A stretch of DNA of 64,000 nucleotides from Opitutales bacterium (GCA_049598495.1 JBMYNR010000004.1:18911-82910), one strand, 5' to 3'; counted from the first letter of the stretch, positions 1-11,373 are shown. The notes: generated from the letters alone by a model not told the origin. Made by a program: numbers and translations.

Positions 1-2667
1 CACCTGTTCCGTGCTGATTTTACGCAGACGCATTGGATATTGGTCAATATATTCTGGGTCGAAGCCACGTCGCATGAAGCTGCTCAACTGTCCGGCAACC
101 GCAGCGGTGGTAGAAAGTCCTACGAGGTAGGCACCGTTGAGGGTCTCGATCGCACGGGCCACTTCCTCATCCGTGACACCCTCGTCATACCACTGAGTAA
201 GGACTTCTCGTGTCGCTTCCAGACCCTGGCTGAGCATGGAGGGTGCGAAACTCGCCGACAATAACCAGTTGCCTGGAGTCACAATGTCTCCTTGGTGGCG
301 GCTGCGAATGTCGTAGGTCAGTCCCTGGTTCTTGCGGATCTCTGTCATGAGACGCGAATGGAAGCTTCCGCCCAAAATATAATTGCCCAGCATGAAGGGG
401 AGGTAGTCGTCGTCGGTGCGCTGAAGCTCTGTGTTGTAGGCGAGGCGAACGGCAACACTGGTTTTGTCTTCGATGTAGATACGTTCCGAAAGTGGCCGAT
501 TCTCCAGCTGTTCTGTCTCGAGTTCTGGATAGGCTTGCCCCCCTGACCAATCTTCGAAGGCGTTGCCGACGGCGGCTCGGAGTTGCTCGAAATCGATGTC
601 GCCGACAAAAATCAAACGCATTGATTCAGTGCCGTAATGGGCGGAATGAAAGGCCTTTAGTTCTTCCACGCTGGTCGCTTCCAAATCATCCAGCAGAGTA
701 TCAATCGGGGTGCTGAAATTAATGTGTGTCTCCGGGTAGAGGAGGCGCGAGAGGAGAGCACCCGCCCGGTAGTCCGGGTTGTCAATGGCTTGTAGAAGGC
801 CGGCCTTTTGACGAATCTTCAGTGTCTCGAAAACATCGGGGTTGAATGTGGGGTTGCGTAGTTGGTCGGCGAGGAGTTCCATCACGGGGCCTGCATCCGT
901 CCTTAGGAATTTTCCAGAGAAACCGAGCGTTTGGGAGTCGGAGCTGAAATGGATGGCCGCTCCCAATGTATCCAACTGCTCCGCAATCTCGAAGCGGTCT
1001 GCCCCCGTGGTGCCCTGATCAAGCATGCTGGCAGTCAGGCTCGCAAGCATCGGTCGATCGAGTGGACTCAGGCTGTCGCCTGCGGCCATACTTCCGACAA
1101 ACGAAACCACGCCTTCGATCGGCATATCGATTGCGATGAGTTCGATGGGGCCGATGTCAGCGCGCTGCATCCGCGAGGAAAAATCAACCACGGCCTCAGA
1201 GCTCGCAGCAGCAGGGGTTCTGTTTGTGGCCTCATGGCTATGTGTCTCGTAGATTTCGGGGTCGCGAAAGAAGTTCGGCCCCGGCATCGAATCGCGACTT
1301 GCGGTCAGGGTATTGACGATCTCGGGAATAAACCAACCCGTTGTACTCGTGTCGGCGACAAAGTATTCGGCAGCGGCTTTCTTGAGGTCTTCCGGACTGA
1401 CGGATTGGATCGCCTGCGGGAGGTTCACGTAGGCGGTCCAGTCACCCATCGCGATGGCTTCATTGATTTCGTCAGCAATTCGGTAGGGGCCATCACGACC
1501 GTAGAAGGTGCTCGCTTCGATGACCGACTTTGCTCTGGCGATTTCGTCAGCGGATACGCCCCCGCTGATGAGTGTTTCAATCTCCTCGAGAATGATGGTC
1601 TCGACCTCTTCATGGGTCGCGTCAGGAGTTAGGTAGGCTCCGAAGATGAAGAGACCTGGGTCCCGAAGCAGCGGGCCAAAGGTAAAGGTCGCATTGGCTT
1701 TGCCCTTATCTTCCAGGGAGCGATAGAGGCGCCCCGTTTTATCTGCGCCGAGAATTTGCTGGAGGAGGGTGAGTGCCGCCCAGTCATCGTGAGTGCCCTC
1801 CGGTACTTTGAAACCAATCATGACAACTCCGGTCTGTCCGGCTCTGCGGATCGTCACGCGGCGGGGTCCGGTCTGCTCCGGTTCACTTGTCTCGACAGCA
1901 GGAATGGCCCGGGGGGCGGCAGGCACGGCACCGTAGTGCTCCGCAATGGCAGCGAGTGTCGCCGCCTTCTCAAATCCACCGATGATTGTGATGTAGGCGT
2001 TTTCCGGCCAATAGTAGGTGTCATAGAATTCGCGCAGTTTTTCAACGGAGGTGTTTTCGATATCTGATCGCCAACCGATCGTTGGATGACTGTAGGGATG
2101 AGCCATGTATGCGGTGGCAAAGAGTTCCTTGATTAGGGTACGAACGGGACTGTTTTCTCCTCGCTCGTATTCGTTGCGCACCACGGTCATCTCCGAGTTT
2201 AGATCTTCCTCGCGGATACGGAGATTACGCATGCGGTCGGCCTCCAGCTTGATCGTCATGGGGACATACTGGCTGGGGAGGGTGGCGTAGTAGTTCGTCC
2301 GATCGAACCAGGTCGTGGCATTCGAACGCGCCCCGATACGCTCCATTTGAGTTGAATAATCATCGCCCTCGGTGCCGTCCTCGCTATTGAAGCGAGGGGT
2401 TCCCTTAAACATCATATGTTCGAGAATATGTGTGGCGCCCGTCGTCCCGGCGACTTCATTGCGTGAGCCCACCTTGTAGGTGACCATGACCGTGGCCACA
2501 GGGAGAACCTCATTTGGCATAAGCAGGATGCCCATTCCATTCGAGCTGAGCCGGTATTCTTCCACATGACCGCATGTTTGGACGTGCTCGACGCCCTCAG
2601 GTAGTTCATTGGCAAAGCCAGTTAGTGTGGTCGCAAGCACCAGCAGGGGAAGTCGAAGAAATTTCAT
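1..2667 (-). CDS. M16 family (insulinase/pitrilysin-like) zinc peptidase, secreted; runs off the left edge of the window
   Basis: Not in the ORF track because it has no stop in the window. Manual minus-strand translation from ATG at 2667 gives MKFLRLPLLVLATTLTGFANE (signal-peptide-like), then YKVGSRNEVAGTTGATHILEHMMFKGT (HxxEH motif) and NATTWFDRTNYY. Confidence 0.9.
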   Translation of the reverse strand, partial: MKFLRLPLLVLATTLTGFANELPEGVEHVQTCGHVEEYRLSSNGMGILLMPNEVLPVATVMVTYKVGSRNEVAGTTGATHILEHMMFKGTPRFNSEDGTEGDDYSTQMERIGARSNATTWFDRTNYYATLPSQYVPMTIKLEADRMRNLRIREEDLNSEMTVVRNEYERGENSPVRTLIKELFATAYMAHPYSHPTIGWRSDIENTSVEKLREFYDTYYWPENAYITIIGGFEKAATLAAIAEHYGAVPAAPRAIPAVETSEPEQTGPRRVTIRRAGQTGVVMIGFKVPEGTHDDWAALTLLQQILGADKTGRLYRSLEDKGKANATFTFGPLLRDPGLFIFGAYLTPDATHEEVETIILEEIETLISGGVSADEIARAKSVIEASTFYGRDGPYRIADEINEAIAMGDWTAYVNLPQAIQSVSPEDLKKAAAEYFVADTSTTGWFIPEIVNTLTASRDSMPGPNFFRDPEIYETHSHEATNRTPAAASSEAVVDFSSRMQRADIGPIELIAIDMPIEGVVSFVGSMAAGDSLSPLDRPMLASLTASMLDQGTTGADRFEIAEQLDTLGAAIHFSSDSQTLGFSGKFLRTDAGPVMELLADQLRNPTFNPDVFETLKIRQKAGLLQAIDNPDYRAGALLSRLLYPETHINFSTPIDTLLDDLEATSVEELKAFHSAHYGTESMRLIFVGDIDFEQLRAAVGNAFEDWSGGQAYPELETEQLENRPLSERIYIEDKTSVAVRLAYNTELQRTDDDYLPFMLGNYILGGSFHSRLMTEIRKNQGLTYDIRSRHQGDIVTPGNWLLSASFAPSMLSQGLEATREVLTQWYDEGVTDEEVARAIETLNGAYLVGLSTTAAVAGQLSSFMRRGFDPEYIDQYPMRLRKISTEQV

Positions 2668-2758
2668 AAATCTATACATTGTCCGAAACAGCCAGTGAAT
2701 GTTCCCGATCAGCTAAGGCAAGTATGCTCCTTGAATTTGTAAGCGGGTGTTTTGGATT

Positions 2759-2911
2759 GTAGGGGCGTTGCTTGCGACGCCCGAGTCGTGTTTGGGCGGG
2801 TGCCGCTAGCGACACTCCTGCGGATGTGGGTCATTGTTTTGTAGAACGCTGACGGCAGTCAGTGTTTGGACGCTTGCCAGACGCCCACAACGACTGTCGT
2901 CGTCGTGCTAC
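2759..2911. repeat. Cluster of GTAG-type REP palindromes (two inverted doublets)
   Basis: GTAGGGGCGTTGCTTGCGACGCCC at 2759 and GTAGAACGCTGACGGCAGTCAGTGTT at 2841, with reverse-oriented partners ending about 2821 and 2911 (...GACTGTCGTCGTCGTGCTAC). Confidence 0.65.
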
Positions 2912-3035
2912 GATATAATTTTACCGCGTGGGTATGAAATGCGCCCTTTTAAGTTGGCTCCTTGAATTTGTTCTTGGAACTTAGATCCTAACGATCACTG
3001 TATCGGAGGTCGATTACCCCTTCTGCCTACCTCAT

Positions 3036-3302
3036 ATGGAAGTGAACCACTCTCGTGCGCACTACCGTGCCTGTCTCAAGATCACCCTCATCCTGCTCGC
3101 GTTTTGGTTTTTGATCAGTTTTGCTGCGGGGATCCTTTTTCGCGATTGGCTGGATACTAACCTGCCGGCCGTTGGATCGGCTCCCTTCGGTTTCTGGATG
3201 GCTCAGCAAGGCTCGATCATTGGCTTCATTGTCCTTTTGATTGCCTATGCTTTGTTGATGAACCGGCTCGACTGTAAACACGGTTATACCGAGGAAAACT
3301 AA
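3036..3302 (+). CDS. Small membrane subunit of Na+/solute symporter (DUF4212-like)
   Basis: Two hydrophobic helices and the PFGFWMAQQGSI motif; lies directly upstream of the symporter. Confidence 0.9.
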   Translation: MEVNHSRAHYRACLKITLILLAFWFLISFAAGILFRDWLDTNLPAVGSAPFGFWMAQQGSIIGFIVLLIAYALLMNRLDCKHGYTEEN

Positions 3303-3314
3303 TTCCTTCGTTTC

Positions 3315-5147
3315 ATGGAACAGAGTCATCTCAATTTTATCTTCATCGGGATCAGCTTCGCCCTCTACATCGGCATCGCGATCCGTTCACGCGCCGGTTC
3401 CACCAAGGAATACTACACCGCGGGTGGGGGTGTCTCTCCTTTTGCCAATGGTATGGCCACTGCGGCGGACTGGATGTCGGCGGCCACCTTTATTTCCATG
3501 GCGGGCACCGTGGCTATTTCCGGCTACGATGCTTCTCGCTTCCTCATGGGCTGGACGGGTGGCTTCGTTTTACTGACCGTGCTCATGGTGCCTTACCTTC
3601 GGAAGTTTAACAAAGCGACCGTACCGGATTTCGTGGGCGATCGTTATTATTCGAAACTGGCGCGCGGGGTCGCCGTCGGTTGCGCGATCTTCATTTGTAT
3701 GACCTATATTATGGGGCAGATGCGCGGCGTGGGTGTCGTCTTTTCACAGCTCTTTGGGATCAGCATCACCTCGGGAGTCATCATCGGTGGCGCAATCGTT
3801 TTCTTTTATGCCGGTCTGGGTGGGATGAAGGGCATTACTTATACTCAGGTGGCGCAATATTGTGTGATGGCCTTTGCCTACACCATACCCGCGGTCTACA
3901 TCGCTATGGCTCTCACCGGCAATGTGCTTCCGCAGCTTGGATTGATCGGGGATTACACGGCCAGCCAGCCGGCGATTCCCTTCCTCGAGAAGTTGAACAA
4001 CATCAACGAAGAGCTCGGCTTTCAGGCCTACACCTCGGGCAAGATGTCGACCTTGAATATGTTCTGTATCACTGCCGCGCTTATGTGTGGCACCGCGGGT
4101 CTGCCTCACGTCATTGTTCGCTTCTTTACTGTCAAAGACGTGAAAGCAGTTCGTAATTCAGCCTGCTGGACACTCTCGTTTATTGCCGTGATCTACCTAA
4201 CGGCTCCGACGATTGGAGCCTTCTCCCGCGTCAATCTCATCGAGAAGCTACACAACACGCCGTATCAGGAAGCCCCCTACTGGTTGAAGGAATTTGAAGC
4301 GACGGGGCAGATGGCATGGGTCGATAAAAACGGTGACGGTCGGATCCAGTATTTCGGGCCGGGGAAGTCGAACGCGGGTAGGGACGCGGTTTTCCTGGGT
4401 AAATCGCCCACGTATCCAACCTTTGGGGCAAGCGAGGATCAACTCTTCGGCAAATACGGGGAGCGTCTCCTCGCCAACAAGGCCGACGTCTCCAATCCGA
4501 ATGAGCTCTGGTTCGGTAACGACATCATGGTAATGGCCAATCCGCACATGGCCGGTCTGCCCATGTGGGTGATTGCACTCCTTATGGCGGGCTGTATTGC
4601 GGCGGCGCTCTCCACTGCAGCGGGTCTCCTCCTCGTGCTTTCGACCTCGATCTCTCACGACTTGATGAAGAAGATTTTGAATCCGAATTTAACGGACCGG
4701 GAGGAGGTCAATTATGCCCGTTTTGCGTCCTTTGTTGCGCTGGCCGTGGCCGTCTACTTCGGGATTAACCCGCCGTCCCAGTTTATTGCGAAGACCGTCG
4801 CTTTTGCCTTTGGTTTGGCGGCCTCCTCCTTCTTTCCAACTCTCTTGATCGGGATCTTTTCCAAGACCATGAATAAGCAGGGTGCCATCGCTGGTATGCT
4901 GGCAGGTATCCTCTTTACCTTTTCCTATATTACTTACTTTCAGTTCTTAGGTGGGACTCCGGATCAATACCTATTTGGGATCACCCCCGAAGGGATTGGT
5001 TTTGTCGGTATGCTGATTAATTTCGTGGTCGCTTTTTCCGTGAAGGCCTTCACCGCAGATGCGCCCGAACATATCCGCGAGATGGTCCAAGAGATTCATA
5101 TCCCGACCGGCGCGGGCGAGGCCAAGGGCCACGACTTCGATATTTAG
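3315..5147 (+). CDS. Sodium:solute symporter, ActP-like (cation/acetate symporter family)
   Basis: [42 protein letters not shown] and [10 protein letters not shown] motifs; many TM segments. Confidence 0.92.
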   Translation: MEQSHLNFIFIGISFALYIGIAIRSRAGSTKEYYTAGGGVSPFANGMATAADWMSAATFISMAGTVAISGYDASRFLMGWTGGFVLLTVLMVPYLRKFNKATVPDFVGDRYYSKLARGVAVGCAIFICMTYIMGQMRGVGVVFSQLFGISITSGVIIGGAIVFFYAGLGGMKGITYTQVAQYCVMAFAYTIPAVYIAMALTGNVLPQLGLIGDYTASQPAIPFLEKLNNINEELGFQAYTSGKMSTLNMFCITAALMCGTAGLPHVIVRFFTVKDVKAVRNSACWTLSFIAVIYLTAPTIGAFSRVNLIEKLHNTPYQEAPYWLKEFEATGQMAWVDKNGDGRIQYFGPGKSNAGRDAVFLGKSPTYPTFGASEDQLFGKYGERLLANKADVSNPNELWFGNDIMVMANPHMAGLPMWVIALLMAGCIAAALSTAAGLLLVLSTSISHDLMKKILNPNLTDREEVNYARFASFVALAVAVYFGINPPSQFIAKTVAFAFGLAASSFFPTLLIGIFSKTMNKQGAIAGMLAGILFTFSYITYFQFLGGTPDQYLFGITPEGIGFVGMLINFVVAFSVKAFTADAPEHIREMVQEIHIPTGAGEAKGHDFDI

Positions 5148-5218
5148 CTCGTTCTGCCTTGATGCCGACTCAAGTCGTGCCGCTACGGTCATGCCGAAGC
5201 GCATCGCGCGTTCTGTGA

Positions 5219-5288
5219 TTCGTCTGACTGACTAGGGATGTAGCCCCCTCACCATGTCTCGGCGTGCTCTCAGAGCGAAGACGGATCT
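5219..5288. repeat. Dispersed ~70-bp intergenic repeat A, copy 1 (inverted relative to the copy at 19226-19294)
   Basis: Its reverse complement AGATCCGTCTTCGCTCTGAGAGCACGCCGAGACATGGTGAGG...CTAGTCA matches 19226-19294. Confidence 0.85.
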
Positions 5289-5409
5289 GTGGCGACGCTA
5301 TAGCAGCTAACGCGGCAACGGAATGCCTTGCGCACATTTGATCTAAGGCTGTTTGTGTAAAGCGGGATAAGTTCGCATCGCTTAGTTAAATTATGTGTGT
5401 TCGGGTATT

Positions 5410-5426
5410 TTGGTATGCAGCTTGCT
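5410..5426 (+). promoter_or_regulatory. Putative sigma-54 (-24/-12) promoter of the porin-like gene
   Basis: TTGGTATGCAGCTTGCT: GG(5412-13)-N10-GC(5424-25), 55 bp upstream of ATG 5481. Confidence 0.7.
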
Positions 5427-5480
5427 TCGATGTAGGGGCGCAATTGTTGCGTGAACAAAAAACAAATAAACATACATACT

Positions 5481-6395
5481 ATGAAATACAAAACTACATG
5501 CCTCCTCGCAGGTGCTGCCTTTTTTGGTGCAACTGCGAATGCTGAGATTATCCTGACGGATGAACTGAGTGCTTATGGTTATATCGATATGGCGCTCACC
5601 GATGATGATGGTGCTGGTAATACCGAAACAGCGGTTGCTGAGTTCGAGCTTGGCTTCGCCTTCACACCGGCTGAAAGTGCATGGTCGGCGGTTGCAGAAC
5701 TGTCCTTTGACAGTGAGGACACCGATCCTCAAGAGGAGGAAGACTCTACCGTCGAGTTCGAAACCGTCACCATCAGCTACCAGTACAGCGACGCGCTGTC
5801 GTTCACCTTCGGTAACATCCTGAGCTACCAAGGTTTCGAAACCTTCGATGCCACTGGTCTCTATCAGTTCAGCTATGCCGGTTCAGACAACACGCCTCTC
5901 TATTCTGCAAATTACGCGGTGGGCGCCTCTGCCGACTACAGCGCAGGTGACTTCGATCTCGGCCTATGGGTTGGTGATACGACCAGTTCGGATTTAAGCT
6001 ACGAATACCTCGTTGCTTACAATGGTATTGAAAACCTTACGATTAAGGCGATCTATGCAGATGATCCCGGTTATGAGACCATCAATGTATGGGCTGCCTA
6101 TGAGTATGGCGACTTTACATTCGCTGTCGAAACGGTTGATACAGATGCAGAGGCAGGCAGCACGACTAGGGAAGTAGACGTGCAAACAGCCTTGGTTTAC
6201 TACTCCATGGGTAAAGCAGGTATCACAGTTCGCTATGCGGACGGTGAGTGGGGCGGTGCTGATTATGATAAAATCACAATCTCTCCTAGCTACGCCTTCT
6301 CTGACAACGTGTTCGGTTTGGTTGAGTTCAGCCAGGAAGAACTCGGTGGAGTAGAAAGCGACACTGCTGCAGTCGAGCTGATTTACAGCTTCTAA
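5481..6395 (+). CDS. Putative outer-membrane beta-barrel porin
   Basis: Signal peptide MKYKTTCLLAGAAFFGATANA, alternating aromatic beta-strand pattern, acidic loops and C-terminal ELIYSF. Confidence 0.8.
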   Translation: MKYKTTCLLAGAAFFGATANAEIILTDELSAYGYIDMALTDDDGAGNTETAVAEFELGFAFTPAESAWSAVAELSFDSEDTDPQEEEDSTVEFETVTISYQYSDALSFTFGNILSYQGFETFDATGLYQFSYAGSDNTPLYSANYAVGASADYSAGDFDLGLWVGDTTSSDLSYEYLVAYNGIENLTIKAIYADDPGYETINVWAAYEYGDFTFAVETVDTDAEAGSTTREVDVQTALVYYSMGKAGITVRYADGEWGGADYDKITISPSYAFSDNVFGLVEFSQEELGGVESDTAAVELIYSF

Positions 6396-6427
6396 GCTTG
6401 TTCTACGCTTAAGCGATCTTCATTTCT

Positions 6428-6460
6428 GGGGGCTCGCACATCGTGAGCCCCCTTTTTTTT
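6428..6460 (+). terminator. Rho-independent terminator after the porin gene
   Basis: GGGGGCTCGCACATCGTGAGCCCCC hairpin followed by T8. Confidence 0.85.
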
Positions 6461-6970
6461 ATGAATAGTCATTTTAAGTTTTTTCTACCTCTTTTTTCTC
6501 TGACCGCGCTTGGCTTTAGCCTAACCGCGCAGACCCAGGCGACGGTGACCCGTGCCGAGTATGAGGCACTCGCCGAACGAGTGGCATTGCTCGAGGCACG
6601 CATGAGTAGCGTCCCGGACCAGCAGATGGATGCGCTCACCCAAGAGGTGCTCGCGGCTATGCCGGAGCAGGCCGGGACTGAGGTAAGATTGATTGAATCT
6701 GTTGTTGCTGCGGTCAAACAGCGTGAGCAGGAAGTCAATTTTCCCTGGATGGATATGGCCAAGTGGGCGCCGATTCGTAAGGGTCTAACGCCTGCAGAGG
6801 TCGTGGAGCTTCTCGGAGATCCGACACTGGACGAACCCTCACTGCATCGCCGTATCGATTTTGTCTATACCTATCAAGGCCGTCGCCCCGCGACGAATCA
6901 ACGGGTCGAAGGGAAAATCCGCTTTTATAAAGGCGTCGTCGTTGAGATTGAGCTTCCTGTCATTGACTAG
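6461..6970 (+). CDS. Exported hypothetical protein with coiled coil and a BamE/SmpA-like C-terminal domain
   Basis: Signal peptide and IRKGLTPAEVVELLGDP...YTYQG motif. Confidence 0.65.
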   Translation: MNSHFKFFLPLFSLTALGFSLTAQTQATVTRAEYEALAERVALLEARMSSVPDQQMDALTQEVLAAMPEQAGTEVRLIESVVAAVKQREQEVNFPWMDMAKWAPIRKGLTPAEVVELLGDPTLDEPSLHRRIDFVYTYQGRRPATNQRVEGKIRFYKGVVVEIELPVID

Positions 6971-7000
6971 TCGGTTATTTGCTGCAGAGCATTTATTTAC

Positions 7001-7028
7001 GCGCCCCGCATTTGGGGCGCTTTTTTTT
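7001..7028 (+). terminator. Rho-independent terminator
   Basis: GCGCCCCGCATTTGGGGCGC followed by T8. Confidence 0.85.
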
Positions 7029-7252
7029 GGTTCATCGTCAAAGTGAGGGGAAAGGAGGTGCAGTGAAGCGGTGAATAACTCCTGATACAAAATTGCAATA
7101 GGGATGTCTCCATTGATCCGGGTCGGCTTGGTGCCGGACGCCCTGAAGGGCGCACACCAAGGCTTAGAGCGCATGGAGCTTTGTTGGAGTTCGGCCTTTA
7201 GGCCGTCTTATTCCCTATCTACAAAGCTTTTAATCTCTACACACGGCACAAC

Positions 7253-7627
7253 GTAGCGAACTTGCGCCAGCAAGGTCGATGGACGGACGTCTTCGCCGAT
7301 TCAAAACCCTTTATACGTCGACGCGACTGGCATCGCATCGCTACATCCGGCACGACGTAGCGAACTTGCGCTAGTAAGATCGACGGGCAAGCGCTTCCGT
7401 CTGTTCGGAATGCCAGACAGGCCGACGCGATTCTTATCAGAGTTCGAACTCTTCCCCAGACTTTGACGATGAGCCTTTTTTTTTGGCCCTCATACGTCGA
7501 CGCGACTGGCATCGCATCGCTACATCTGGCATGACGTAGCGAACTTGCGCCAGCAAGGTCGACGGGCGGGCGCCTCCGTCTGTTCGGAACCCCTTGAATG
7601 TCGACGCGACTGGCATCGCATCGCTAC
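7253..7627. repeat. BIME/REPIN-like array of three tandem REP doublets
   Basis: Unit X (GTAGCGAACTTGCGCCAGCAAGGTCGA) starts at 7253, 7357 and 7536. Inverted unit Y (TCGACGCGACTGGCATCGCATCGCTAC) ends at 7344, 7523 and 7627. Doublets are joined by 12-bp linkers. Confidence 0.9.
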
Positions 7628-8020
7628 CCACATTGAAGGGTTTTGGGTTATTATACGGAACGATCTGCGTGGCAGTTACTGGAAGCCCTTCTGTGCTTTC
7701 ATTGAGGCAATATTCGGGCTCGGGCGTTCTGTATGAAGCTAGCCTTAAGTGGATGTTGCATCGGTCAAATACAACGCAGATTGCTTTCGCCTATTTTTTC
7801 GGCTAATACCGAATCTTCGGTGTATAATCTGCATCATCTTGCTGTCTCAGATTTCCGCTAGAAGTGCGATGGCAATTTTGAGCACTCTCCGATAAATGAT
7901 GGTCTATTTTATCTTGATTGTAGCTGTGCTCGTGGATGGCGACGGCCTCTCTTAACTGACGAACACCGTATCTGAGTACATAGTTTGATTAAAAGAATAA
8001 AAAAAGCGACCCGGTAAGCG

Positions 8021-8037
8021 TTGGCATCAGTTGTGCT
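8021..8037 (+). promoter_or_regulatory. Putative sigma-54 promoter of the urt-ure operon
   Basis: TTGGCATCAGTTGTGCT: GG(8023-24)-N10-GC(8035-36), preceded by an AT-rich tract. Confidence 0.75.
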
Positions 8038-8098
8038 ATCAAAGGTTCAGAAGCCACGCTTCATTCTAAATCAGACAACACTCACGATCATTATATAA

Positions 8099-9355
8099 AT
8101 GAAACATTCAGTTAAAAAAATTCTGTCATTAGTATCCGCAGGTGCGATGGCATTGAGCGCATCCTCCCTGCGTGCTGACGATACTGTTAAGGTTGGCGTC
8201 CTGCACTCTCTCAGTGGCACCATGGCTATTTCTGAGACTTCACTCCGAGATATCCTTCTCTTCACTTTCGATGAAATCAACGCCAGCGGTGGTGTTCTCG
8301 GTAAGCAGATTGAGCCTGTTATTGCAGATGGTGCTTCCGATTGGCCTGTGTTCGCTGAAAAATCCGAGCAGCTTCTTGCTCAAGACAAGTGCGCCGCGGT
8401 CTTCGGATGCTGGACTTCGGTGAGCCGCAAATTCGCACTCCCTGTATTTGAAAAGTATAATGGTTTGCTCTTCTACCCGGTTCAGTATGAGGGCGAAGAG
8501 GAGTCCCCGAATATCATTTACACAGCCGAAGCAGTCGGCCAGCAGGCAATTCCTGCGGTGGATTACTTGCTCAAGGAGGGCTACAAGAAGTTCTATTTGA
8601 TCGGCACGGATTATGTATATCCGCAAACAACCAATATAGTCCTTTTTGAATATCTGCTTTCAAAAGGGATCCCGGTCGAAAATATCGGCGGTGGGATTCG
8701 ATATGAAGGTGATGTTGCAGTCTCTGCCGGTAACTACACACCATTCGGCCACACGGACTTCCAGCAGATCGTTGCTGAAATCAAGGATTTCGCAGCGTCC
8801 GGTGACGCCTGCGTGATTAACACCATTAACGGTGATGCGAACGTACCTTTCTTTAAGGAGATCGCGGCTTCCGGTTTAACCTCGGATGATTGCCCGATCG
8901 TTTCCTTCTCACTCTCCGAAGATGAGTTTCGTAGTCTTCCGACCAAGGATCTGGTCGGGCACCTTGGCTGCTGGACCTATTTTATGTCGATCGATACGCC
9001 GGCTAATGAGAAATTCAAGGCAGACTTCCAATCATGGCTCAAAACCAAAGCACCTGATGCTGTCCAAAAGGAAGGTCGTGTGACCTGCTCTCCGATGGTG
9101 CTTTCCTACAATGGGGTCTATCTCTGGAAGGCAGCAGTTGAGAAGGCTGGTACATTTGAGCCGGAAGCTGTTATTAAGGCGCTCGAGAGTGGCATTTCCT
9201 TCGACGGTCCCGGTGGTACGGTGACCAGTCAGAAGAACCACCATGTGACCAAGAGCGTATACATCGGTGAAACACTTGAAGACGGGCAATTTGAAATTCT
9301 TGAAACCATTCCTGACGTCTATGGCGAGCCTTGGTTGAAGGGGTCTTTCAAGTAA
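8099..9355 (+). CDS. urtA: Urea ABC transporter substrate-binding protein
   Basis: [27 protein letters not shown] and [10 protein letters not shown] motifs; operon context. Confidence 0.96.
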   Translation: MKHSVKKILSLVSAGAMALSASSLRADDTVKVGVLHSLSGTMAISETSLRDILLFTFDEINASGGVLGKQIEPVIADGASDWPVFAEKSEQLLAQDKCAAVFGCWTSVSRKFALPVFEKYNGLLFYPVQYEGEEESPNIIYTAEAVGQQAIPAVDYLLKEGYKKFYLIGTDYVYPQTTNIVLFEYLLSKGIPVENIGGGIRYEGDVAVSAGNYTPFGHTDFQQIVAEIKDFAASGDACVINTINGDANVPFFKEIAASGLTSDDCPIVSFSLSEDEFRSLPTKDLVGHLGCWTYFMSIDTPANEKFKADFQSWLKTKAPDAVQKEGRVTCSPMVLSYNGVYLWKAAVEKAGTFEPEAVIKALESGISFDGPGGTVTSQKNHHVTKSVYIGETLEDGQFEILETIPDVYGEPWLKGSFK

Positions 9356-9500
9356 TCGAAGCGATCGTTCTTCATCGTAAATTGTAGATTGGTTTGTGGG
9401 GCTTGTGGGTTTTTTCCTGCAAGCCCCTCTTACATGAAGAATGTATGAGGTTTTTTGGAGAAATTATAATATCATTTCGAAGTATGTTTACCCTGTTTGA

Positions 9501-9653
9501 GGTAGGGCGGGCTCGCCGAGCGCGCCGTTCGGCAAGCGAGATCACCTGCTCAGATGATCTGGATCGTCTTACGATACCAAACGACGATCGGTGCTTGGTC
9601 CGATCTCTTCAATTCGGCCTTCTTGCCAGCTCGGCACGGCGAAGCCGCCCGAC
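9501..9653. repeat. REP doublet (REPIN) between urtA and urtB
   Basis: GGTAGGGCGGGCTCGCCGAGCGCGCC at 9501 and inverted partner CGGCACGGCGAAGCCGCCCGAC ending at 9653. Confidence 0.7.
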
Positions 9654-9717
9654 AGTGCTCAACCTTTATATATTTCGTATTCATAGGTGTCCGGAGCCAG
9701 ATTTTGGAATTTAAATT

Positions 9718-11373
9718 ATGGTAACTTTATTGTGTAATAGACTATCAAGGGCGTGGATTCCATTGCTGCTGTGTGTCTTTTTTAACACTTCTGGTGCGGC
9801 TGAAGAGCGTGCTGCGCGTGTGGTTTTTGCTGAATTGATTCTTGCTGAACCATCGGCACAGTCCGCGCTAATTGAGGAGTTGTCCAACTCGGGCGACCAA
9901 GTAATTGCTGAAATCTACAATGCATGGCGCACGGGGGGGATTTATACTTTGTCGGATAACGATGAATTGAAATTGCTACAGTTGAGCGAGAAGCAGGAGT
10001 GGTCGTTGGTGGCGAGCGGAGAGGTACTATCGCTCTCGGACGAGCAAGCTGCTCGCGCAAGAAAAGAGCGTGCGTCGCGAAAGACGAGGAAGTTGATGAA
10101 GGGTATCATTGATACACTTGGCTTGAAAGCGGATGAACCATCTGTAAGGATCGACTCCGCGATGAAGATGGGGCTGAGCCAGAAGCCCGAATTTATTGAT
10201 GCGCTGCAGGCACGGATCGAGGTGGAACCGTCAAAAGAAGTTCTGCAGGTGTTTAAGGAAGCGCTGGCAATTAATCTGTTGAAGAATGGATCGGAAGAAG
10301 AGGTCCTTTCGGCGGTCGAAGAGTTGTCAGAGCTCAAATCCATTGCTGCACGCGGCTTTATTGAGAAGCTGCTACAGACAGAGCAGGAAGCGGAGCGATT
10401 CGGGAGTGCATTGGCAGAGGCGTGTCAACGTGCTTTGACTACAATCGAATCACATATCAATACGCTGGAGTTTTTTGGCAGCTTCTTCCGTGGTTTTAGC
10501 ACCGGTTCCGTCCTACTGATTGTTTCTTTTGGTTTAGCGATTACCTTTGGCTTAATGGGGATCATTAATATGGCCCATGGCGAGTTTGTCGCGATTGGCG
10601 GCTATATTACCTTCATGGTGCAGTCTTTCTTTATCAAGACTTGGGGTATTGGTAGCGCGGTATTTGATTGGTATTTCCTAGTCTCTCTTCCCTTGAGCTT
10701 TTTCGTGGCCGCATCGTTCGGTTTATTGCTGGAGAAATCGATCATTCGCTTTCTCTATCGTCGTCCACTTGAGTCGCTTTTATGCACCTGGGGAATCTCG
10801 ATGGTGATGCAGCAATGCTTCCGCCTTATCTTTGGCGCGGCCAATGTGCAGGTGAACAATCCGGGTTGGTTAATGGGCAGTCTCAGTCTCGGCGGCTTTA
10901 GTATGAGTTATACACGACTCTTTATCATGCTGCTTGCGCTGATTGTAGTGATGATGACCTGGTTCCTTCTTCGAAAGACAAATTTGGGGCTGCATATTCG
11001 TGCGGTCATGCAGAATCGCGGTATGGCAAGTAGTCTGGGGATTCCCGTTTCGCGTGTGAATTCGATGACTTTTGCATTGGGTTGTGGATTGGCTGCACTG
11101 GGAGGTTCGGCTCTGTCTCAAATTGGCAATGTGGGGCCGCTGATGGGGCAGGCCTACATCGTCGATAGTTTTATGGTCGTGGTCATTGGCAGCGTTGGAA
11201 ATCTGCTTGGCGCGGGTCTTTCAGCTATGGGAATCGGTCTGGTCGACCAGTTACTCCAGCCTTCCCTAGGTCCGGTGATGGGCAAGATCACGGTGTTCTT
11301 TGTGATCATTCTGTTCCTTCAGTGGCGTCCCGGTGGCTTATTTCCCACTCGTTCTCGTAGTCTGGATGACTGA
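9718..11373 (+). CDS. urtB: Urea ABC transporter permease with N-terminal periplasmic extension
   Basis: [19 protein letters not shown] and [21 protein letters not shown] motifs. Confidence 0.95.
   Translation: MVTLLCNRLSRAWIPLLLCVFFNTSGAAEERAARVVFAELILAEPSAQSALIEELSNSGDQVIAEIYNAWRTGGIYTLSDNDELKLLQLSEKQEWSLVASGEVLSLSDEQAARARKERASRKTRKLMKGIIDTLGLKADEPSVRIDSAMKMGLSQKPEFIDALQARIEVEPSKEVLQVFKEALAINLLKNGSEEEVLSAVEELSELKSIAARGFIEKLLQTEQEAERFGSALAEACQRALTTIESHINTLEFFGSFFRGFSTGSVLLIVSFGLAITFGLMGIINMAHGEFVAIGGYITFMVQSFFIKTWGIGSAVFDWYFLVSLPLSFFVAASFGLLLEKSIIRFLYRRPLESLLCTWGISMVMQQCFRLIFGAANVQVNNPGWLMGSLSLGGFSMSYTRLFIMLLALIVVMMTWFLLRKTNLGLHIRAVMQNRGMASSLGIPVSRVNSMTFALGCGLAALGGSALSQIGNVGPLMGQAYIVDSFMVVVIGSVGNLLGAGLSAMGIGLVDQLLQPSLGPVMGKITVFFVIILFLQWRPGGLFPTRSRSLDD

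Noticed and set aside
40..2615. Many short ORFs in the track over 1-2.6 kb
   Set aside because: Shadow or alternate-frame ORFs of the minus-strand M16 peptidase.
7253..7627. Possible CRISPR array (27-bp repeat x3)
   Set aside because: Two alternating inverted repeat types, spacers that resemble each other and vary in length, GTAG REP ends, and no cas genes.
7750..7850. NtrC-type enhancer boxes upstream of urtA
   Set aside because: Only TGCATC half-matches; no convincing TGCACC-N5-GGTGCA palindrome.
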